Shown here: positions 40,973 through 55,789 of the stretch, one piece after another | Layout of the letters: each line of letters opens with the position of its first letter | Numbering within the stretch: the stretch's first letter is position 1 | From: Antedon mediterranea | Taxonomy: Eukaryota; Animalia; Echinodermata | Length of the DNA: 64,000 nt | NCBI RefSeq assembly: GCF_964355755.1 | Contig: NC_092674.1 | Coordinates: 13,516,001-13,580,000, forward strand | Direction of reading: 5' to 3' | Notes under the pieces: model-generated | Databases searched by the model: none | What the model was told of the DNA's origin: nothing | Seen by the model: only the letters and a program-made list of their open reading frames with translations | Program-made: the position numbers and the translations under genes

Positions 40973-43900
40973 GGGCCTTTTTCATAGCCTTATAGTAATA
41001 ATACTTATTGTCGTGCCACTTAAGATCTCTGGTGATTTATTAACAATGTCAATTCCAGATGGGGTATTTCATATTGTAGGTGATTTACATTTTGTGTTAT
41101 AAAATGTCGAGTGTTTCACCTGCTTTGATAGAAACTATACTGTAATGAGTTGAAAATGTAAACATATTAGTATATTAGTAAACACATGATGTACTGCAAA
41201 ACAAACTAGTGTATTTGTGCACATGATAGTAGGTGACATTTGTATAATTGAGACCGTTTGATTTAACACGAAAACATATGAACTCATAAAAAACGTACAT
41301 AATCATATAATGTAGTACATTTTGAATGTTGACATGACATGATAAACATTAAAGATGTTCCTTCTAACATAGATTTTTCTCAGATTACTTGGATTTCGTT
41401 CTTAAATACGGTATATTGTTTTATTTATTGTAATGTCATGTGTTCTCTGCACATGTCGATATAGTTAGGGTACGGACATTTATCTTAGTATTACAGGGTA
41501 ACACCGTGGCTTAACAATATATTTTTTATTATAAAATATAGACCTTTGCAAAAACACTACTTAGTTTATTAATGAAAAAGATCTTAATTGAAATATACAT
41601 TTCAATTACCTGTACGCGAGTGCAAATACAACATCTAATTCAATATGTATTTGAAAAAAGCAAAAATTATGTTTTCGAGAATTGTTGTTTTTTTAGAACA
41701 CACTACTAAGTGGTTGGTGTAACTTCACATTTATGATATTGAAACATTATATGTTAATTAGTCACCTTAATATGGACCTTTGCCATATACGATGATTTAA
41801 AATTCAGAGTTTTAGTATTATAGTATTACAGTTAAACCCCATGAGCGGTCACCTCCCGAAAGCTGCCTCCCTTAACGGCCGTACTTTCGAAAAGCCTGTT
41901 TGTTCTTCATTTAAATAGTGGACCATCTCACGTGAGCGCCATCTCACGTGTGCGGCCGCGGAACATTTGGTTACAGCACATTAGATTATTTGTATGGTAA
42001 ATTACCTCCTGTAAGCGGCCACACAACAACAATATATGGCTGCATTCGCGTGCGCAAATTTCAGTTAGTGTTTACCGACCGACCGAAGTATCAAAATACA
42101 ATTTTCATACTTATATTGTGCTTTAGGCTATATAATAATTAGCTTTATTTCGAAGCGGTTTTAAAATATTTATGTTAAGAACATTCCTATGTTTTTTTAG
42201 ATGAGATAACTACACTTTTTGATTTTGACCGACCGGTTTGTCTGAAAATCATAAATAATACTAAACCACCTGATCATAAACAATACAATACAATTAACTA
42301 AAGACTGTAGAGGCCCGTTGTGTTAGGAAAGCCGAAAAATATCGTGCATAGAATACGTGATGTTGGCCCTCTATCGACAGAACCTCCCGTAATCGGCCAC
42401 TTTTCAATTTCATAAAATAAGGCAATTAATAGGAGTTGATACCTTAGTAGTTATAACAGCCCAACAAAACTTCATCCGGTAGTGCTAACTAGTCTGAGTG
42501 TAAACTGGCAGTTACAGCTAAAATATATCTAGGCTTCAAATTCTGTGCAGGTAACACATTTTATTTAATTAGGTACTCTTTTCGTACTGTTGGGAATTTC
42601 AGTTCAATTATTTTCCAAAATAGTGGTACACAACAATGAAAGAAAATGTGAAAACAACATTTTTGTTACGTTCTTGTCATTAGAAATATTCTTGCAACTG
42701 AGGTGAACTTTGAAAATGCCGGTCAGATATTTAAAAAAAACAGTTACAAGGAATAAATTAGCAATTGTCACTGCATACTCATCCATCAAACTAGCCGCCA
42801 TCGAGCAAATATTCAATTCCATGAATCTTATGAGGGTTAGTTTTATAGGAACAATAGTATTTTTTTATTTGTTTTGGCAATTAATGCAATTAAAGCGTAA
42901 TTAATTCGTCATATTCCATTTGGAATACTACTACCTGTAAAATGACTAGAATGTTCTGATTTGTTAATTTTTTAATTATATTATATATACAGAATTATAT
43001 ATTATTTAAAATGTTCGGGTAGCTTCCATGCATGCGGCTTTTGGCCTTAATGGAAGTCCTTTTGTATATGTTTTCTTTTTTTACAGTATAATTTAATTTT
43101 GTTTAAACTACAGGCGTGGCCCGTGAAAAAAAAAATCAAAATATATGTGTCGCCATCAACGGCAAATATTGGAGCAGAGCAAAAACTACATCAACCGGGA
43201 AATCACGAAATTAATTTTATACCGCGGACGATTGAAAATCTGCCGATGAAATCAGAAAGGTTGTTTTAAAATCTTTTATAATATCTGCCTAAGAGAAAAA
43301 ATATTATTAAATCTACGTTTCGCGGTACATCTGACTGAGATAGATGCAGGTATGCAAGGCGGAAATCTTTTTCCATTGTGCTCAAAAGTAACCATAATTT
43401 AAGTATAGATACACTAACATCGTGTAGCACATTTAGCTCGTAGTATCATGTACGTGCACATAGCATCGCATTGGTAAGTCACAAACATATTAGTGAAATG
43501 CACAACATTGCAGTAATAGTTATTAATTCATAAAGGTTATGAAATAATCAAATTAAACAAAGGTCTATCCTTACACGTACGAAAAAATTCCAACAGTTAT
43601 CTAACAACACGTATTCCTTACTTTCGGGCAAACACTGAAAGAACGAATTATTATATATTATGCTTAATCCTGGAATAGGTATGCACAATGTAAAACGCAT
43701 AGCACTAACTCCGTGTCGGTTCTTACACCAGCTGTTCCATGAGTCTAATGCCTTAAAAAAGATAGTATTAGTGTTTTTAATGTCTTATGTCATTGGTAGA
43801 CTTTTAACAGTCACCGGTAAAGTTACTTCCGAGTTCGTCATCACTTTGCGATTTCCAACTTCGCTGTAGTCACAATAAAACCTCTGTACAAAACGCTTGC

Positions 43901-46900
43901 AGCTGTCCCACATGTGAACGTGGCATGTACATTTGATATACATTTGAGTCAAGATATGTCATGTTTCTCTCTTTAAACGTCAAAATGAACTAATTTTTTT
44001 ATTAATTATATTGTAGAATACTATGGTATGGCTATTTAATATTATTGTGACTCAGACTGTTTAAAACTTAATGAAGAAATAGCTCATAATGTTTAATATG
44101 TTATAAATTCTGTATACACTACGATAGGACGTGACGTTATTATTATATTACAGTTGTAGACTATGTATAAATATTATAATGTACCGCGATGGTAAGACTC
44201 GCATACAAATTGATAATATTACAAGTAATAAATATTAATTCATAAAGATTAAACAAGTTATTACAAAGTTGTATTGTGACAAAACCTTTGTTAATCTGAC
44301 TTTCCAATGTCAAGATTAACCATGACGAGCCAGCGGTGTTCCGAACCATGTGATGGATACAACCGTGCAGTTCTCGACAATTTAGTCATCCTCGCCACAA
44401 AAAATGGTCTGTAATAATGACCCGCGATGAGCTTGCTTCAATTAGGTAAATTGTAAAATTCTAATAGTAACCCCCCTTCCAATAGTAACCCACCCTAAAA
44501 AACAATCAAAGAATAATAACCCAGTGTTACAATTAGAAGATTTACGGTACCGGTATATAGAGTACTGCTAACCATAATAGTAGGTAACATTTGTTTTATT
44601 TGACACGACAAAGCATGTGAACTCTCCAAAAATGTACCGTATCATAATGTAGTATATTTTAAATGTTGACATGACATAATAAACATTGAAAGTTCTTTCT
44701 AACAGAGTTTTTTCTCGTGTTATTCGGATGTTGTACTTAATTTTTGTTTTATTTATTGTAATGCGCCGTGTTCTTTATATATTTGATTGTATATTGTTTT
44801 TCAATAAGCCGTGTGGAGGATTCAGGTAATATCTCTTTAAAGGGTAACACCGCGGCTTTAAAATGTATATTACTTCTTATACAGATATTGCCTGCTTAGA
44901 GGTGAAATATAAGATTTGACAAGTGAATGATTATGTTCGAGGGAATATATATTTCCTGAAGCGTAGCACGTGAATGAACCTGTCATTTCTTCTGAAGGAT
45001 CTGTCTGAGAAGGACAATGAAACTGCAAAAAGCAGGTTAGTTTAACTAATTTTTTTTTCGAAAAGAATTAATAATTCACATGCCGTATCGTTACAATATC
45101 TCAGCGAAGCCATAGTAATTATTTCATTAACATGCATACTTGTCTAGGACAAACATCTGAAAAGAGGCCTAGAAATCAGATAGGGAAGTGGAATGTTACG
45201 GGTAGTCAATATAGCCATTATATCGTATTAATCCCTTCTGATCATTCTTAAGACTTGTTGATACATAATTGTTTACATAGACTATACCCCACTTCAAGTA
45301 TTATTAAAATATAATAATTATGACCTATCCACGTTCTATCACCATATTAAATAATTTGTCATTGTTTAAAGAAAACATTAATTAACCTACTTATCATTAT
45401 ACGTATATGCAAGTTACTTTTTGGTAACTTAAAATTAATTGTCATAAACAGGTTATTAAATGATACTGGTATGTACTTTTGTGTCTAATTTATCCAAAAC
45501 AATATCATTTAAATTATAAACTTTTAATATTAAATCATTGGACAGTTTATGTGATATGTGTAATGTACTTGCTAATTTAAAAAAAAAAGTATGAAAGCAA
45601 ACATAACAACAATGATTACTAGTTTCCCGAATAATTGTTGAATTAAACTAAAATTTGAACTCAACCATCACCGTGATGATATCGGGATATCCGCGTTAAC
45701 GCACACGGTGTAACAAACATCTTGAAATACACTCATACTCTATAAACTGAAAAAATGTATAGTGCTGAATTATGTCTCATGTGTCATATAGTACTAAGTG
45801 CGAATAACCAATAAAGTAGTGTTTTTTTTCGTAACGAAAACAATGCATTTAATTTGATATTTTTCTTGATAGTATAAAATTCAATTGTTTGGTGTATGTC
45901 ACTGTTATGAGTCCAGGTAAGCACAACTGTGACATATATTGTCTATAAACGTCTATAAATTTCAAGTCCTTTATTGTCTGACTTCGTTTTGAATGAAGTT
46001 ATAGGCCTTCAAATTCAAATGTCAAATGAATACTAATATTGGTGTCCTTTCTACATGATCTCAAGCTCTTCCGCTAGTCACCTAATCCACCAAAAATATT
46101 GGTATGTATACAGAGAGTCATGTCAGGAATAAAGAATGTAAGTCGCTTATTACGAAGATGGACCTATTTCATTATGTAACTGCTGTTGTCACTATGATGT
46201 TATTTACGTACATAATTTGTATAATTAATGTTTATCTATTGTGTAATCACTTTTGTTTTCTGATTGAACTTAACTGATTTTAAATCAATGAGAGCTCATC
46301 AGTTATATACATTATAATGATTTCAGATTTGACAAAATAATTAAAACCGATTACTTTCCGATTATCAGAAAGCTTAAATGTGTTAATATTTACATAAACA
46401 ATGGTACGAAGACGTACACCGTACTGTGAGTTTCTGCATGTAATATATACTATTAAGAGGCTAATTATGCCTATTTCAAATAACAGTTCGGAATAGTTGG
46501 ATTTTGTTGCTTATGTTTGAAATTGTCTTTTATTTCAAACTCACAAAAACGGGCAATGAAAATTTCGTTATTAAAAACATTATTTAAAGCTTATTCAGTA
46601 TAGTTAAATTATTCAATTATTCATTTATTTATATGTGTTGTTCTATTTTTTTTCTTTTTACTTGGTTAGATAAAAAATGTTAGTGATAAAATGCTAATAT
46701 TCTAGTTAACATTCTTCATTTAATGATATTCCCACAAATTGCACTGTTTATGTATACGTAAATAGGACGGTAGCTCTTTTCGTATATTTGTTGCTGTTAG
46801 GATAATAAATATTTCACTTCAAAAACTTTCCAAAAATAGTGTTACACAACAATGACAACGTTCCGCCATAAAGCAAATATTCAATTCACAGGATTTCAGT

Positions 46901-48137
46901 ACATTATTGTTTTATATTATTGTAATTCGATGTTTTCTTCATTTTTACAATTAGTAATGCCAATTATTATCCTATTGGAAAAAAGGGTTTAGTCGAGTCA
47001 ACTTTAGATCTGCAAGTGACAGAGAGAAGCTTTTCTCTTGTTCGATGTCAGGTGGTGATTGAATCTGAGTTAAAAGTTTTTAATAAATGTTTATGTCATA
47101 ATTAATCATGAATTATTCATTCGTCCTGGAAAAAAAATTACGCGTCATGTACTTAGAATTTACTTTGAAAATAATTTGCTCACGGTTGTATGGCGGCGCC
47201 CTTCCACATAACCTTTTATCCCATCCCATCCTATTGAAACTGAATTTAGACATTTTTAAATAAATTTGATTTGGTACGCTACCAATAATAATACTGTTTT
47301 AATAATACAGTAGAAAGATTTCTCGCCTAGGTAAACAAAAGAAGGGTTACTTCTTGACACTCTCAAAAGGCTTTATAGATTGTTGCTATTAATTCGGTTC
47401 GGACGTAAATGAGTTTGCAGTAAATGAATAGAAGTTTTAAAAGGAAGTTAAAGAGAGGCGTATGAATGAAGGTGAGCGAATAAGGCCTATTTGACATCTT
47501 TGTGTGTGATTGATGCGTTTATACCTATTATAGACACTGTTATATACATTCTGTAAAAGCATGTTTCATTGTTGTTGCCGACAGATCGATTATGATGTTA
47601 TGTATAATACAGGTCATGATTATTGTTATTAAAATAGGAAAATAAACTACTATCTAAATTGTGTTTGTGTTGTACCATGTTGTGTTTCAGTTACTGAACA
47701 ACATAGTTTTGCTGGTTCTGTTACTTATATATACAACAGTACTTTATAATAATATTTATTAAAATGTGTGCTTATATAGAATACAATTTTGCTTATGTAT
47801 CGCTGTTTCACATTGATCAAAGCGATTGACATTATTATTACAATGTAGTAGCAGTTAACAATATATATCTCAATTATGTATTGATTGAAATTTAAAATCA
47901 CTTCATTTTTTAATAATACGTTCATTTTAATAATGCTTTTAAACCAAAATTCCGATTTAACCAGTCTAATTTGTGCTGGAGAAAGAGCAGTTCAGAGCAC
48001 AGGATCGGCTAAATGCATGGCAATCACCTGAAACTAGTAATTGGATTGTACAGACGCCTAGTAATTGGATTGTACAGATGCCTGGTGTCATTCCCACACC
48101 GAAGTCCCTTTCTGTTAAAACCATAGGGTCTAGTAAA

Positions 48138-49040
48138 GCCCGGCGCACACCAGAGCTTTCGGCTGAGCCAACTGGCACGAGTAACACTTGCCTCACAGTG
48201 TGCGCCGGGGATTTCGTGAAGAATCGGCCACGCGTGCCGCTGAGGAAAATATCTATCGTGTTTAATATTTTTTGCCACGCGTGCCATTTTCCTCAAGTGT
48301 GCGCCGAACGTGAGCTTCCTGCTCACTAAAAAATTGTACTGCGCATGACACGTCAAGGAAGCGTGTGGTTTTTGGTGGACATTTTTTCTTAAATGAGTTT
48401 TAAAAATTATTTGTAACGTTGCTGTGGCAACAAGTTATTTCAGCTATCAAACAAATCTACAAAGCTGCATTGGATTTTTGAAGATAAGTGTTGTATTTAT
48501 TTATAATTGCATAGGCCTAGGCCTAATAATATATTTAATAATAATTAGGCATATAGGCTCCTCTCCTAGGCTCTACTCTATTATTTATTAATTATGAGGG
48601 CATAGGATAGCTAGGCGCTAATGCCTACTCTACTCTATATTAGTAGTACTGTAGTAGGCCTAGTTGTTACGTAGTAGTACTAGGCTAGTAGTAGTAAGTA
48701 GAGTAAGTACCTAGGCTAGTACTAGAGGGCCGCCCCTACCCTGGTCGTGATCCTTTATAATAGGCTAGGGCTAATAATAAAAAAGGCTAGCTAAGTATTA
48801 CTAGTAGTATTAGAAAGTGTTGCCTAGCTAGGGGCGAGATGGTGGCAGACTAGACGCGCAATTGGTTGAAAAGTCAATCCCGCCATGATTCAATAATACA
48901 TAATCTATTCGATGTTGGTATTGCATTAGTTTAGAATAAATAAATAAAATATCGAGTTCTGTATTGACAATTGTGTGTGGCTGGACAAACAAAAATAAGT
49001 AGGTAGGCCTATATATAACCCTAGGCTAGGCCTAGACAAT
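48138..49040. mobile_element. Probable Harbinger-like element, left end only
   Basis: TAA|AGCCCGGCGCACAC start interrupts cassette sequence (compare 16318); internal gtgtgcgccg repeats; no matching right TIR seen. Confidence 0.4.
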
Positions 49041-51019
49041 AAAAGGTAACATTTGTTTTATTTGACACGACAAAACATGTGAACTCCCCAAAAAATGTAC
49101 CGTATTATAATGTAGTATATTTTAAATGTTGACATGACATAATAAACATTGAAAGTTCTTTCTAACAGAGTTTTTTTCTCGGTTACTCGGATGATGTACT
49201 TAATTTTTGTTTATTTATTGTAATGCGCCGTGTTCTCTATATTTTTACATATATTGTACATTGTTTTTCAATAAACAGTGCGGAGGATTCAGGTAATTTT
49301 TCTTTAAATGGTAACACCGCGAATTTAAAATGTATATTGCTTATAAAATATAAACCCTTAAACAATATTGGTAATAACCGTTAATAATTTTAGACAGCAC
49401 TCGGGCAAAAGCTAAGTCGCTTCTTCAAAAAGAAGTTGTTTTATAAGACGATACCACAGTACAGGTGTGAAGTGGAACTAATTCGCCTTAAAATACTAGT
49501 TTAAAAAATATCATAATTAATTAACCTTTTAAAAAGCTGATAATCAGAGATATGCGCGCGTGCAATTTAACCATCTAAATGAATATTTATTTACTAAAGC
49601 TAAAATTATGTTTTCTATTAGAGAAACTTTGTTGTTATGGGAACATACTAAGTGGTTGGTGTAACTTCACACTAACGATATATTTAAACATTACATTAAT
49701 TAGTCTCCTTTACATAGACCTTTGTCATAGGCGATGATTTGAAATTCAGATAGTTTTAGTATTTATATTATGTTACTGAGGTGTAGTAGTATGCTACATG
49801 CAATGTGGATTGTTGAACATTTTAATTTATTGATGATAAAAGTATATTATTATTGTAACCGAATTTGTCATGATTTACGATGAATTTAAATCAGTTTTTC
49901 CATCATGTTATGAGGTATAGTAGTATTATATTATTATTGTAACTGAATTAACATTGTTAAAGTTTTATAGAATACTGGTAAAATATTGGTAAGTAATGTC
50001 CCACACTCCACACTAAACATTGCCATGCATTTAATACTGAACATTGTATTACATTGAAAAGTCAGAATGTTATAATGTACTTGGTATGAAATACACTTTT
50101 GTCAAATCATTTCCTGTTTTGAATCGTTGGATAGATTTAAACTATATAAAACTATTTTAACAATAATATTGTTTGTACATTATACGTATGATGTAGTAAT
50201 TCTTTGTTTGTCACTGAAAGTAATGGTAAATGTATAATTTGTAAAGTGTCCCATATCGTATGTTTGTGTTGTCAATATGCTGTTATTTACGTACCTATAG
50301 AGCAACACCTTCCCCGCGATTAAGTGTACATTTAATGAAGAAAGACTGTTACGTAAAAAAAGGCGAGCGGCGTTTATTGTAAGTAATATTTTAGATGAAT
50401 TAATATTTTCAGTACCTTAAATTGCATTCTACAATGTAAAGGATTCCAATGAAAAAAAAATGGTCCTGCTCTAAAACGTAGTGACAACTCAAATACAAGT
50501 TATTTGGTAAGATCTTGCTTGAAGGTATCCATTGCTTTAAAAGACAACGAAGTAAACTATCTTTGATAACTGACTTCCCAAAGTCAATATTAACCTTGAC
50601 AAGGCACCGGTGTTCCGAACCATAATTATGTGAGAGGTACGACCGCCATGCAGTTATCGACAGTACAGTCATCCTCGCTACAAATTACAGTATCTATAAT
50701 ATGACCCGCATTGTGGTTGGTTCATTTACCTACACAGCAAAATTCTGATTCTTGTTTTAAGAAAAAAAAAACTTGTTTCAAGCAAAATATTTCTTGAAAC
50801 AAGTAAATTTTGACTTGTCCGTATTTCAATACTTTTTGGCTTACCAAGAATCGTAAAATTCTTAACAAGAATCACACAAATTCTTATCAAGAAAATTATT
50901 CTTACCAAGAAATAATACTTTAAGAACAATATTCTTACCAAGAATTTAATTGCTTTTTTCATTCTTGTTTTAAGCAGTATCTGCCTTAAAATAAGTAACA
51001 ATTTATCGATTTTTTAAAA

Positions 51020-52830
51020 TAGAATTCTTGTTTCAAGCAATATTTTTCTTAAAATAAGTAAGAATATTCCGATTTGTATTTTTTTGAATTCTTGTTTCAA
51101 GCAATATATTTCTTAAAATAAGTAAGAATATTCCGATTTTTATTTTATAGAATTCTTGTTTCAAGCAATATATTTCTTAAAATAAATAAGAATATTCCGA
51201 TTTGTATTTTTTTGAATTCTTGTTTCAAGCAAGATATTTCTTAAAATAAGTAAGAATATTCCGATTTGTATTTTATAGAATTCTTGTTTCAAGCAATATA
51301 TTTCTTAAAATAAGTAAGAATATTCCGATTTGTATTTTTTTGAATTCTTGTTTCAAGCAAGATATTTCTTAAAATAAGTAAGAATATTCCGATTTTTATT
51401 TTTTGAATTCTTGTTTCAAGCAATATTTTTCTTAAAATAAGTAAGAATATTCCGATTTGTATTTTTTGAATTCTTGTTTCAAGCAATATTTTTCTTAAAA
51501 TAAGTAAGAATATTCCGATTTGTATTTTTTGAATTCTTGTTTCAAGCAATTTTTTTCTTAAAATAAGTAAGAATATTCCGATTTGTATTTTTTGAATTCT
51601 TGTTTCAAGCAAAATATTTCTTAAAATAAGTAAGAATATTCCGATTTTTATTTGTAGAATTCTTGTTTCAAGCAATATTTTTCTTAAAATAAGTAAGAAT
51701 ATTCCGATTTGTATTTTTTAGAATTCTTGTTTTAAGCAATATTTTTCTTAAAATAAGTAAGAATATTCCGATTTTTAATTTTAATATTCTTGTTTCAAGC
51801 AATATATTTCTTAAAATAAGTAAGAATATTCCGATTTGTATTTTTTGAATTCTTGTTTCAAGCAATATTTTTCTTAAAATAAGTAAGAATATTCCGATTT
51901 GTATTTTATAGAATTCTTGTTTCAAGCAATATATTTCTTAAAATAAGTAAGAATATTCCGATTTGTATTTTTTTGAATTCTTGTTTCAAGCAAGATATTT
52001 CTTAAAATAAGTAAGAATATTCCGATTTTTATTTTTTGAATTCTTGTTTCAAGCAATATTTTTCTTAAAATAAGTAAGAATATTCCGATTTGTATTTTTT
52101 GAATTCTTGTTTCAAGCAATATTTTTCTTAAAATAAGTAAGAATATTCCGATTTGTATTTTTTGAATTCTTGTTTCAAGCAAAATATTTCTTAAAATAAG
52201 TAAGAATATTCCGATTTTTATTTGTAGAATTCTTGTTTCAAGCAATATTTTTCTTAAAATAAGTAAGAATATTCCGATTTGTATTTTTTAGAATTCTTGT
52301 TTTAAGCAATATTTTTCTTAAAATAAGTAAGAATATTCCGATTTTTAATTTTAATATTCTTGTTTCAAGCAATATATTTCTTAAAATAAGTAAGAATATC
52401 CGATTTGTATTTTTTGAATTCTTGTTTCAAGCAATATTTTTCTTAAAATAAGTAAGAATATTCCGATTTGTATTTTTTGAATTCTTGTTTCAAGCAATAT
52501 TTTTCTTAAAATAAGTAAGAATATTCCGATTTGTATTTTTTGAATTCTTGTTTCAAGCAATATATTTCTTAAAATAAGTAAGAATATTCCGATTTTTATT
52601 TGTAGAATTCTTGTTTCAAGCAATATTTTTCTTAAAATAAGTAAAAATATTCCGGTTTGTATTTTTTAGAATTCTTGTTTTAAGCAATATTTTTCTTAAA
52701 ATAAGTAAGAATATTCCGATTTATATTTTTAGTTTTCTTGTTTCAAGCAATATATTTCTTAAAATAAGTAAGATCCGATTTTTATTTGTAGAATTCTTGT
52801 TTCAAGCAAAACTTTTTTTTAAATAAGTAA
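51020..52830. repeat. Tandem array of 63-bp units (about 28 copies)
   Basis: Unit ttcttgtttcaagcaatatttttcttaaaataagtaagaatattccgatttgtattttttgaa; 21-aa periodicity in the spurious ORFs. Confidence 0.95.
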
Positions 52831-53266
52831 ACAAGAAGTCTATCAAATAAAAACCAGTAAATGTTTACTTATTTTAAGAAAAGTATTGCTTGAAACAAGA
52901 ATTCTATCAAATTAAAATTCGTAAATTCTTACTTATATTGGGAAAAAAATTGCTTGAAACAAGAATTCTATAAAATATAAATCATTAAAAATTTATTTTA
53001 AGAACGATAAATGAATACTCATTTTAAGTAATAGTTTACTTAAACAAATAAATTCAAGAATGTTATAAAACATAATATTAACAATACTGTTATTTTCATT
53101 AAGAACTACAATTTACATGACATTAGGTACAATAATATATACAACTTCTTTAAAACAAACTTGTTTTTATTAATAATAAAATGCCATCAAAAGAAAACTT
53201 AAAAACATTAAAATGGTAAAATACAAATTTCGTAAAATTCTTCTCCCGCACCTGGGCTTTAAACTA

Positions 53267-55393
53267 TTAGGTGTCTTTAAATTTATTAATGTATACTAAT
53301 GATGATTCAACAGCCTTTGTCAAGTGTACAGGTGTGTTTTCATCACAAATCACTAACTGTTAAAGGATAGTGAGGCCTACTTCTTTTCATTTTGGATAAT
53401 CGAAATCCAGAAGGTAAAAAGTGGAGAGGAGAGTAACTAGAGCCTCATCTAATTTTGCTTTCTTTGTAGTTAGAATTGTTTGCTAAACTTTAATGTAGGC
53501 CATTTCTGTGTCCAAAAGCAATACCGGCATATTACCTGAACGGCGTGAAGACCAGGATTCTGGATCTTTATTCATGTTCCTAAAAATGAAAAGAGATTAA
53601 TATAGTTTTAGTTATTACTGTATTTAAAATATGTGTAACATCATCAACTAATTGGGTACGGTGTGGTTTTAGAGTCCTATATCTGGGGCGGTAAACACAA
53701 AAACATGACGCAATATTAGAACGGTGGTAAGAATAATTTTACATTATAAGACATAAGGGTGGGTGGAATATGCATTTGAACTTTTTAATCACAAACTTTG
53801 CCCTGTTTATACCGATCCCAAAGACAGGCCTGGCTGTATCTATTATTTTTAGTTAAATTATTAGGGTCTAAATTTATTTTTAATATTACTATTTAGGAAG
53901 ACAATACGCAAAACGGTGCTCAATCCTGATTGATGTTTTTATTCCGTATCAATGTTTATAATAACAATCATACAATTAAATGTAAATTTTGTTTAATTGT
54001 TTGATTTTAATAAATTATTGTAAACATAGTATATACCTCGAATTTTAAGCTAAGATAAATTTGATTTTAAAAAAACACTTTAAGATATTTTTTTTTAATG
54101 TACATAATGTTACTTGTATTTTAAATTTTAAAAAACACTAAATACCTTCAAGGTCGGCAGACTTTTTTTGATGAGTTTTTCCCAACAAATATGTTTGACA
54201 GATTTGACAACATATGGGTTATCTTTGAACCTAACCAAAAATAACAAATTGAAAACATTATATTATATAAATTTATTTAAATGAGTGGAATAATGTATGG
54301 ACATAAACTTGATATACTGTAGCTCAAATTTTAAATAATGTAGCCTACAGTTTTGTAGGTGGTCAATGTAAAAGGAAGGGGAAAGGGTGGGCTGGCCAGG
54401 AGAGCAATAATATGTCAAAAATTAATATTCATAAGTCATTTATTTAATTTTAGTTGTCAAAGGGAGGAGTGCATGACACTAGCTTGAGTCGAACCAAGCT
54501 GTTAAAAATACGTACACAATATGTACACGTATTTTCCTCACTACCATTGGTCCATTATAAAATTAAAACTATTTATGAATAGATAAAAGTACAAAAACAT
54601 ACACTGTACTTACCAGATGGAGGACTGGTGTTTCTCTTTAAAATACCAAAATAAACTATATTATTCTCTTCTTTGGAAAAATTTGCTAAGAACTTTTTTA
54701 AAAAGCTTTCTTTTGTATTTCATTCCTCTTTGCCTAGTAATAATTAGTATCCTTCGAACTTCTTCAATTACCTAACAAATAATTTAAGATATTGTAAATA
54801 ACACAGTTTTTTAAAAAGAAATTTAATATAACAATTTTAGTTATGCAGTACGTATGTTTTTTGTTTGTTTTTTTAGTATGTTTTTTTTAAATTTAGAGTT
54901 AAAAACATAAAGTTTCAATATCGATGTGATCACTTCGGGGATTACTTAGTGTGTACAATTAATTAAATATAAAGAAGTGTTTTTAAATGTCATTATATTT
55001 CTCATTGGAATATGTGTATATAATACAGTATAATCCTTCGTAGATATTTCATGGCTACATTACAAAATAACTGTTACATTATAATTGTATTATCTATTAT
55101 TAGGCCTTCCTTATACCTAGCTGAAATAGGTCCGACAATATTTGTCCCCTCTGTCAATGTCTGAACTAAAATGCTAAGCTAAACCTATACACCTGTCCGT
55201 CAGTACAGGCATAGTAGGCTAGCCTAGACCTACTAGTTCCAGGCCTACAGTATTACTAACTAGGAAGGAGCCTAGGCTAGGCCTAGACTGCTGGCAGATT
55301 AAAATATAATTATTAGGCCTACGAACCTGTTAAAATGTTGGCCACTTCTTCATCTATTTCTCGGATCTTCAACAAAGCGTCTTCCTTCGACAT
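53267..55393 (-). pseudogene. Multi-exon EnSpm accessory (second) gene, degenerate
   Basis: First exon MSKEDALLKIREIDEEVANILT|gt (55327-55393); last exon ..LDEALVTLLSTFYLLDFDYPK*KEVGLTIL*QLV.. with stops, resembling the FYxFxLxYP C-terminal motif of animal EnSpm accessory proteins. Confidence 0.55.
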
Positions 55394-55789
55394 TATATTA
55401 GACTAATCTTACTAGGCCTATTGAAGCATTTAATATATAAATTGCGATGAAAGGTGTCTTTTACTTACAAACTCTAGATTTTGAATGATTACTTTAAAAA
55501 ACCGTTGGCCATGATCCCGCCGGGAGCTAGGTCATCGACCACACACAGTGTTGTTTTTCAACTATAACCAAAAATTTATCGCTGGCCTTTTACCCAGAAT
55601 GTATAAGGTCATTATACTGCTCAACGTTAAAGCATGGAGGTATAAACCTCCATGGTGGTTAAAGCAAATCTGTAAAACGTCTGGACCAACAGTAATACGA
55701 CAGACAATAATAATGACACATGTTTGTTGCAGTCCGAAAAAAAGCGATAAGTTTGTGCCAGTAAACTGAAGTAGGTACAGTATTTGCTA

